IMG/VR virus record: IMGVR_UViG_3300021960_000017
Length of the DNA stretch: 64,000 bases
From: a virus
Lineage: Duplodnaviria > Caudoviricetes
Reading direction: 5' to 3' (one strand)
A program made the translations under genes and the position numbers. This document shows, one piece after another, positions 57,957 through 64,000 of this stretch; the stretch's first letter is position 1, and each line of letters begins with the position of its first letter. The notes beneath the pieces were generated by a model. The model worked only from the letters and a program-made list of their open reading frames with translations, made no database searches and was not told the origin of the DNA.

Positions 57957-59858
57957 ATGGCAACTATTAAAGCAACTATCACTAGTCTTGGTCTTAATGC
58001 ACTGGGTGGTGCAGTAAATGGTCAGGGTTTAAATAACCTAGGTAAAATTTTAAGTCAGCCTATGTCTAACCTTGGTGGATTTGGCGGTCAGATGGATGCC
58101 CAGGCTAAAATTGCAAATATAATTAAAACAGATTACGATACTCCAGCATTATTAAATGCTGGTGGTTTTAATCCATTAGTTTACCTTAGCAATGCATTAA
58201 CTGGTGTAGCAGATGAAGTAGGCAGCGCAACTAGTGATGGTCGTGGTGCTATTTCCGGATCACTAGGATCAGGTTTTCAAGCTCTAGATGGATCAGGTAT
58301 AGTAGATGCAATTAGTATACACACAGAGTACCTTAAAGGAAGTTATGGTGCTAATAGTATTATGCAGTGTTTTGTTGGTGTAGAAGCATTTTGCTTTATC
58401 AGTAAAGAAATGTACCAAACACTCGAAGGCGGTCTAGCAGCTCGTTTTGGTAGCGCATTTGCTGCGTTAAACAGTAGTTTACCAGCAAGTGAAACATTAT
58501 CAGCAGTAGATAGTACATTTTTAGCAAATAATAGTAACAGTGAAGTAGAGGAAATATTAGGTGGCGAATATGCCTTTACCAATTTTCTTGGTGTTAATAT
58601 AAACAACATCACAGACGCAATAACAAATGGTTTTAGTAATTTTATTACTGGTAATGTAAAAACAACTTTAGCACAACTTGCAGTTGATTTTACCAACCTT
58701 GGTAATGCGTATGATCTTACAGACATAGACAACTTTGGAAATCCCGGACAGATAGTAGACAGATTAATTAGTGTGGGTGCTGGTGATATTACGGGTGTAA
58801 TAGATGCTATGCAGGATATTGGTGGAAATCAATTACTTGCAAATGTTGGTAATTTATCCAGTAGCCAGTTTAACAGTCAATTAACAGATGCATTAAGTTT
58901 AATTACCAACTCTGAGATGATTGCAATAGCGCAACAAGCATTAGGTAGTAATGTTCCTAATTTGACTAGTTTGGCTGACTTAACTGATATAAGGAAAGTA
59001 TTACCAACGAGTTTTGATAATATTAGTCCTAATACTTTTACTCAACTAGTTGTTGAACTTAAAAATTTAAATATTGGAAATTTACAAACACCGCAACAAC
59101 TTGGTACATTACTCGGACGATTCGATTTTCCTGTAAGTTTGCCTACAATAGAAAATTCAACAGTATTAATTGACAATGACGCCGCTGCAAATATTAGAAC
59201 TAAGTTTTTAAATAAAAACTTTAAAGACATGAAAGTAAGTGATGCAATAGGGTCACTTGCGGGTGTTGGTATAAGAAACCCAATTACTAGGTTTACTAAT
59301 GCTATGACAGAAATGGCTAACGCTGGTGCATTTACTGCATTAAATGCTTTATATACTCGTCTTAATGCAGGGTTAAATGGAGATTATAATACAGGCGCTG
59401 TATATGGTGTAGATACTATTGATGATCCGGTAACCAGTATAAGTTATAATGACATGGATGCGTTTGTTAATGCTACACTTTCCCTTATTGGCGCAGAGAT
59501 AACCAGCATTGCGAGCACGGCTGCTTACAGTGATGCTTTTAATAGAGCCCGTGATGCAATTACAGAAATACAGCAAAAAATTTACGATGAAAGCATTACA
59601 TATATTCCTATGATGGATTTGCATTTAAATGATAGAAATAATGATCCTGTAAATGTATATGGTTTTGCGACAAGCATGGAGTCAAGAGTAGAAGACCCTG
59701 ATGCTTTAGATGTACTAAAAGGATTAGCAGAGGCGGCTAAATTACAGAATGATAAGTTTGGTAGCTATTGGGACGCATTTATAAGCGAAACCGTTAATAG
59801 AAACGCTGTTCAAACGCATTCAATAGACTGGATTGCAGAAGATAAAATAGAAATTTAA
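57957..59858 (+). CDS. putative tail/baseplate structural protein
   Basis: 633 aa, G/N/S/T-rich, immediately downstream of the PAAR gene. Confidence 0.55.
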   Translation: MATIKATITSLGLNALGGAVNGQGLNNLGKILSQPMSNLGGFGGQMDAQAKIANIIKTDYDTPALLNAGGFNPLVYLSNALTGVADEVGSATSDGRGAISGSLGSGFQALDGSGIVDAISIHTEYLKGSYGANSIMQCFVGVEAFCFISKEMYQTLEGGLAARFGSAFAALNSSLPASETLSAVDSTFLANNSNSEVEEILGGEYAFTNFLGVNINNITDAITNGFSNFITGNVKTTLAQLAVDFTNLGNAYDLTDIDNFGNPGQIVDRLISVGAGDITGVIDAMQDIGGNQLLANVGNLSSSQFNSQLTDALSLITNSEMIAIAQQALGSNVPNLTSLADLTDIRKVLPTSFDNISPNTFTQLVVELKNLNIGNLQTPQQLGTLLGRFDFPVSLPTIENSTVLIDNDAAANIRTKFLNKNFKDMKVSDAIGSLAGVGIRNPITRFTNAMTEMANAGAFTALNALYTRLNAGLNGDYNTGAVYGVDTIDDPVTSISYNDMDAFVNATLSLIGAEITSIASTAAYSDAFNRARDAITEIQQKIYDESITYIPMMDLHLNDRNNDPVNVYGFATSMESRVEDPDALDVLKGLAEAAKLQNDKFGSYWDAFISETVNRNAVQTHSIDWIAEDKIEI

Positions 59859-59893
59859 CAAATTTTTCCAGTATTACTTACATAAATAAACAC

Positions 59894-60170
59894 TGTAACG
59901 TCGAAGGGCGTTGAAAAACGTAATGGACATGGGGGCAGTACCCATCGTCTCCACCATAAGCACATGGCATTTGTAGTGTGTTTATGTGGGGACGAACCAG
60001 GATCGACATGCGTGGAGTATACAACTGGAGTTATCGGTAGGCGTGACCGTAAATCAGCAAAACAAAGTAAATGCAAACGATAATTTTGCATCTGAGGATT
60101 TTGCCCTAGCGGCATAATACCTATGGGCGTACAGGGCGCCTGGAAACAGAAGGGACTTAGGTCCCACCTG
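59894..60170 (+). ncRNA. ssrA: two-piece (circularly permuted) tmRNA
   Basis: Acceptor piece: T-arm ATGGG-GGCAGTA-CCCAT and CGTCTCC-A-CCA (ends 59956); hairpin intervening sequence 59957-59987; coding piece starts GGGGACG (59988) giving G3.U70; tag GCA AAC GAT...GCA TAA = ANDNFASEDFALAA at 60073-60117; outer ends approximate. Confidence 0.95.
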
Positions 60171-60195
60171 CATTCTTCAGAATAAGGAGTTTAAT

Positions 60196-61137
60196 ATGAA
60201 GAAGCTAATAGTTGCTGCCGCTGCGGTAGCATGTTTAACAACACCTGCGATAGCAGAAGAAAAGGCTGCAAGTCCTATTGATAACATGAACATCAAGACA
60301 TTCGGCCAAGTTCGTGCATATGCACAGGTAGATTCACGTGACAATGTTGATGCAGAAGTAACTTCTGATACAACTAGATTTGGCTTTACAGCTAATGGTC
60401 AGGCAGGTGCAGTTGGTCTATTCGGTGAATTAAGTGCAAATGTTAATGCCAATGACGGCAACGCACTTACAACCCGCTTTGGTTATGTTGGTGCTTCACT
60501 ACCAAAACTTGGTAGCATTAGCCTAGGTAGACAGCATAGCGTACAAGACGGTTTCACTGATCAGGCAGACATCTTCATGAGTGCAGGCAACAACAGTATT
60601 CAGCAAATGGGCTTTTACCAAAACAATAGTGTAAAGTACACAAATGAATTTGGTGGTGTCAAAGTTGCAGCACTTGTTGCAATGGCTGATGGCGACGCTG
60701 CAAACAACGACATTGACCGTTACGAAGTAGGCGTTAGTGCTTATGGTTTTGGCGTTTCAATGGGCAAAGAAGAAGATACTGATACATCATACTATGGCAT
60801 TGGTTACGGCGCAACATACGGTAAGCTCACTGTTGGTGCAACTTACAGCATCAAAGACGTAAACGATGGTGGTGGTTTTGGCGATATTATCCTGTACAAC
60901 AGTGACAAGACTACTGCGGTTACCCGTGGTGCAGAAGTTGCTGTAGGTTTCGCTATGACAGACAAGATCACAATCAACGGTGGTTACAATGTTACAGACG
61001 CTGACGGTGACGAAGGTAATGCTATTGGTGAAGTAGTATACGGCCTTGGTTCAAACGCTGTAGCATTTGCTAGTGTTGAATACGATATTGATGCAAGCGA
61101 GTCAATCACTCGTGCAGGTCTCAATATTAAATTCTAA
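60196..61137 (+). CDS. outer-membrane porin (Gram-negative porin family)
   Basis: Signal peptide ...TPAIA/EEK, TTRFGF, RFGYVG..LGSISLGRQ, alternating beta strands, C-terminal Phe. Confidence 0.9.
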   Translation: MKKLIVAAAAVACLTTPAIAEEKAASPIDNMNIKTFGQVRAYAQVDSRDNVDAEVTSDTTRFGFTANGQAGAVGLFGELSANVNANDGNALTTRFGYVGASLPKLGSISLGRQHSVQDGFTDQADIFMSAGNNSIQQMGFYQNNSVKYTNEFGGVKVAALVAMADGDAANNDIDRYEVGVSAYGFGVSMGKEEDTDTSYYGIGYGATYGKLTVGATYSIKDVNDGGGFGDIILYNSDKTTAVTRGAEVAVGFAMTDKITINGGYNVTDADGDEGNAIGEVVYGLGSNAVAFASVEYDIDASESITRAGLNIKF

Positions 61138-61161
61138 TAATAACATAAGATGTTATATAAT

Positions 61162-61196
61162 AGAGGGGAGAGTAAAATCTCCCCTCTTCTTTTTTT
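61162..61196 (+). terminator. intrinsic terminator
   Basis: AGAGGGGAGA-gtaaaa-TCTCCCCTCT + TCTTTTTTT. Confidence 0.9.
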
Positions 61197-61238
61197 GCCT
61201 GCTATAAATATGATATCTACAGGTAGGTACACACATAC

Positions 61239-61472
61239 ATGAAAAAAATCTTTATCTTGATGATAGGGTTTTCTCTATCAGGCTGTGCCGTGCCAGGTGC
61301 AATTGAACTTGCTAGCACTGTAGGCAGCTGGGCTGCTGATGGGCTAGTGCAGGCTGAAACAGGAAAAAACATACCTGATAAATTAGTAAGTGATCTAGTA
61401 GGTAAAGATTGTACACTAAAAAATATTTTTAAGAAAAAGTTAGATATTTGTAAAGAAATCGAAGAGGAATAG
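61239..61472 (+). CDS. putative lipoprotein
   Basis: MKKIFILMIGFSLSG/C lipobox. Confidence 0.75.
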   Translation: MKKIFILMIGFSLSGCAVPGAIELASTVGSWAADGLVQAETGKNIPDKLVSDLVGKDCTLKNIFKKKLDICKEIEEE

Positions 61473-61475
61473 CTA

Positions 61476-61676
61476 ATGGCTAAGAAGAATAAAAACGACA
61501 AAGTACTAATGATTCCAGAAGGCGAGACTCGCGCCAATGCAAGTTTTCATTTTGTATATCCTAAAACAATAGGTGAAATTAGAAAAGACAAGAAGTTGCG
61601 TATGCGTAAATACCATCCTGGTAAGCGTGAGCATGTTTGGTTTGTAGAAACCAGAATGCCAAACCATAGTAGATAA
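61476..61676 (+). CDS. rpmG: divergent ribosomal protein bL33-like
   Basis: KLRMRKYHPGKREHVWFVETRM aligns with bL33 [22 protein letters not shown]; N-terminal KVLMI..FHFVYPK matches the bL33 strands. Confidence 0.7.
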   Translation: MAKKNKNDKVLMIPEGETRANASFHFVYPKTIGEIRKDKKLRMRKYHPGKREHVWFVETRMPNHSR

Positions 61677-61709
61677 GCCTATAAATAAAACATACCAGGA
61701 GATATCAAA

Positions 61710-61874
61710 ATGGCAAAAGGTGCAAAATCTATTGGTTCTAGCAAAGGCGTAAAACTAACCCTAAACAGAACTGGTACAAAAAAGCGTACAAGTATTGGTC
61801 AGAGCAACAATACAAAACCCAAAAATAAACATGCACGGCAGGACTTCAAAGCATATCGAGGACAAGGCAAATAA
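61710..61874 (+). CDS. 54-aa basic protein ending YRGQGK (not in ORF track)
   Basis: MAKGAKSIGSSKGVKLTLNRTGTKKRTSIGQSNNTKPKNKHARQDFKAYRGQGK; TAAATA and AGGAG upstream. Confidence 0.75.
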   Translation: MAKGAKSIGSSKGVKLTLNRTGTKKRTSIGQSNNTKPKNKHARQDFKAYRGQGK

Positions 61875-61899
61875 ATACTCCTGAAGAGGAGTATCGATT

Positions 61900-62343
61900 A
61901 TGTATGAATATCGAGTAACAGTTTTGAAAGTAGTCGACGGTGACACCGTAGACGTGGATATTGATTTAGGTTTTGGTGTTTGGCTACGCAATGAGCGTGT
62001 TCGTATAATGGGCATAGACACTCCAGAATCTCGCACTAGTGATCCAGTAGAAAAGAAGTTTGGCCTTGCTGCAAAAAACAGATTAAAGCAACTTCTTGGT
62101 AAAGAAGCCATACTTAAAACACAGGTAGACAAAGATGGCGAGGATATGAAGGGCAAGTTTGGCCGTATACTTGGTGACTTTGAATGCTATGACGCAAAGA
62201 ATGACAGACATACCGTAGTAACTGAAATATTAATACAAGAAGGTCACTGTGTTCCTTACTTTGGCGGTAGCAAAGAAGACGTTCAAGAGCAGCATATGCG
62301 TAACAGAGAACGTCTAATTGCTGAAGGTATTGTTACACTATAA
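61900..62343 (+). CDS. thermonuclease (SNase-like)
   Basis: VVDGDTV, RVRIMGIDTPE, KFGRILG, LIQEGH. Confidence 0.9.
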   Translation: MYEYRVTVLKVVDGDTVDVDIDLGFGVWLRNERVRIMGIDTPESRTSDPVEKKFGLAAKNRLKQLLGKEAILKTQVDKDGEDMKGKFGRILGDFECYDAKNDRHTVVTEILIQEGHCVPYFGGSKEDVQEQHMRNRERLIAEGIVTL

Positions 62344-62347
62344 ACGG

Positions 62348-62375
62348 TTGACAAGCGTAAAATAACTGCTATAAT
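62348..62375 (+). promoter_or_regulatory. sigma70-type promoter
   Basis: GG-TTGACA-N16-TATAAT with extended TG. Confidence 0.8.
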
Positions 62376-62390
62376 GATCATATATTAACT

Positions 62391-63140
62391 ATGACGGAGG
62401 TTCCTGTGGGACCAAGAGCAGGACTGTTAATTATAGGATTTATGGCAGGCGTTGTCTCCTACTACTATGGTGGTGATCCTAGAACTGAAATAAAGTTTGT
62501 TGATGTTGAGCGGGTAGTTGAAAAACTAGTGCCTGTTGAGCGTGTAGTTGTCAAAGAAGTAGTAGTTCCTACTGTGGTAGAAAAAGTAGTAGTTAAAGAA
62601 GTTCCTACTACTAAAACTGTTATACAAACAAAAACAGTCTATGTCCCCGACACCAAAGAAAAAAATAGCGTACATGAAGATGACCTTTATTGTATGGCAC
62701 TAAACATATATCGTGAAGCAGCAAACCAAAGCCTTGCTGGCATGGTTGCTGTTGGCAGGGTAGTAATGAATAGAGTCAATGATAGAAGGTTTCCTGGTAC
62801 TGTGTGTGAAGTTATATACGAAGGACCTGTAAAAGAAAGTTGGAAAACTAAACAGAATCCTAATCTTGCAGAAGAAGATCGTGTATATTATCCACGTAAA
62901 AATCTTTGTCAATTTAGTTGGTATTGCGACGGCAAAAGAGACGAAGTGATAAACACTGAAAACAATATAAAGTGGCAAACCGCTACAGATATTGCCTATG
63001 ACATTTTGGCATATGATAGATGGAAAGGATTGGTAGAAGGATCTACACATTATCATGCAAACTATGTAAAGCCTACTTGGCGTAAGAGCATGACACTTGT
63101 AGCACATATTGATGATCATATCTTCTACAGAGCTGACTAA
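62391..63140 (+). CDS. SleB-like cell wall hydrolase with N-terminal TM anchor and VEK-rich stalk
   Basis: CMALNIYREA, VGRVVMNRV, FPGTVCEVI, CQFSWYCDG, THYHA, HIFY. Confidence 0.9.
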   Translation: MTEVPVGPRAGLLIIGFMAGVVSYYYGGDPRTEIKFVDVERVVEKLVPVERVVVKEVVVPTVVEKVVVKEVPTTKTVIQTKTVYVPDTKEKNSVHEDDLYCMALNIYREAANQSLAGMVAVGRVVMNRVNDRRFPGTVCEVIYEGPVKESWKTKQNPNLAEEDRVYYPRKNLCQFSWYCDGKRDEVINTENNIKWQTATDIAYDILAYDRWKGLVEGSTHYHANYVKPTWRKSMTLVAHIDDHIFYRAD

Positions 63141-63898
63141 TGTTTAACACAGATGGTTTAGAAAAAGCACGACAAGATTTTAAACAGAATAGGTTCTGTG
63201 TTATTGACAACATTATACAAGAGCCCTGGATAGGCGAGTTATATAAATGCTTGCCTAATATGAACATGGGTTATTGGATGTGTGCTGGACACAAGCATCA
63301 AAAGATAAGCCAAGAGCAGGCAAAAACACTGGACATGGCTGGTTATAAAAGTTATCATAAAACAGCAGCACAACAAGATTTCGGGTACTGGCATCGTGCG
63401 AAATGGATATTAAAAGAAGAAGACCTAATAGAGAATGATTTTCCAAGAGTAATAGAATTTACTAGAGTTGTTTTAGGAGATTACTCACTGGGGAAACCAG
63501 AGACTACATTTTTGGATATTGCTGAGTATATCAGCGAATTTACCAATATGTTTACTGAACAACCCAGTTACAGTGCATATGATAATGAGAGTTGGCTAAA
63601 TGCACATCATGATCCAAGACGCTGGTTAGCATATATTTTCTATTTTAATCCTGGGTGGCAAGCCCATTGGGGCGGGCAACTATGCATAATGAATGATGAT
63701 GAAACTACAATTAAGCATAGCATTGAACCATTTGGTAACCGTTTGTTAATAATGGATGTAAGTGAAACAACTGGTCCAAGAATTAACAAGCACTTTATTA
63801 GCCCTGTAAGTTATATTGCTCCTTATCCAAGATATAGTTTGGCAGGTTGGTTTTACCCAAAGGACGCAAGTGGCGCAATGCCTGTAATGAGACACTAA
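63140..63898 (+). CDS. 2OG-Fe(II) oxygenase (prolyl-hydroxylase-like)
   Basis: HHD..LAYIFYFN..W...GGQL...HFI...RYSLAGW. Confidence 0.88.
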   Translation: MFNTDGLEKARQDFKQNRFCVIDNIIQEPWIGELYKCLPNMNMGYWMCAGHKHQKISQEQAKTLDMAGYKSYHKTAAQQDFGYWHRAKWILKEEDLIENDFPRVIEFTRVVLGDYSLGKPETTFLDIAEYISEFTNMFTEQPSYSAYDNESWLNAHHDPRRWLAYIFYFNPGWQAHWGGQLCIMNDDETTIKHSIEPFGNRLLIMDVSETTGPRINKHFISPVSYIAPYPRYSLAGWFYPKDASGAMPVMRH

Positions 63899-63905
63899 AT
63901 AACAT

Positions 63906-64000
63906 ATGGAAAACAAACACACACAAGAACAGGAAGGCCCAGTCCAAAGTCATGACCCAGATCAGAGAGTATGGGAATATGATGGAACTGGACAAAAGAT
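63906..64000 (+). CDS. partial ORF running off the window end
   Basis: ATG after TAAATA (63896-63901); open frame MENKHTQEQEG... Confidence 0.5.
   Translation, partial: MENKHTQEQEGPVQSHDPDQRVWEYDGTGQK

Noticed and set aside
59855-60115. 86-aa minus-strand ORF in the track
   Set aside because: Antisense shadow of the tmRNA, which fully explains the region
1-64000. CRISPR array, tRNAs, rRNA, integrase or transposase
   Set aside because: No regularly spaced direct repeats, cloverleaf structures other than the tmRNA arm, or recombinase/transposase motifs were seen by eye
1-64000. Alternative genetic code (stop-codon reassignment)
   Set aside because: Core genes are full length under code 11 and TAA, TAG and TGA all terminate genes

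Overview
64-kb, gene-dense, AT-rich segment of a large T4-like (Tevenvirinae/jumbo-type) myophage genome. It is most likely aquatic and probably infects an alphaproteobacterium, judging from a circularly permuted two-piece tmRNA with a GGCAGTA T-loop and tag ANDNFASEDFALAA, an alpha-type porin and a DUF6614-like gene. Core genes are uvsX (partial), uvsY, uvsW, clamp-loader small subunit, primase, DnaB/gp41 helicase, nrdA/nrdB/glutaredoxin, a PD-(D/E)XK exonuclease, head/tail/PAAR proteins, an SleB hydrolase and a thermonuclease. Accessory content includes a ~16-kb glycan-modification cluster (GTs, SAM methyltransferases, kinases, sulfotransferase, nucleotidyltransferases, cupins, 2OG oxygenase) and single SGNH-like, sulfotransferase-like and GT10-like genes inserted at successive junctions of the replication operon. 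Also present are two differently truncated DnaE-like polymerases, a putative arginine-chemistry module (ATE-like GNAT, two amidinotransferases, DUF1415/DUF6614-like) between nrdB and grx, a signal-less TRAP DctP, a lipase, an Hc1-like histone mimic and a divergent bL33. Regulatory signals are sigma70-type early promoters with a constant 16-nt spacer, TAAATA late promoters (several apparently giving leaderless mRNAs) and two late leaders carrying 4x TAGGC repeats. All family assignments come from motif recognition by eye; no database search was run.
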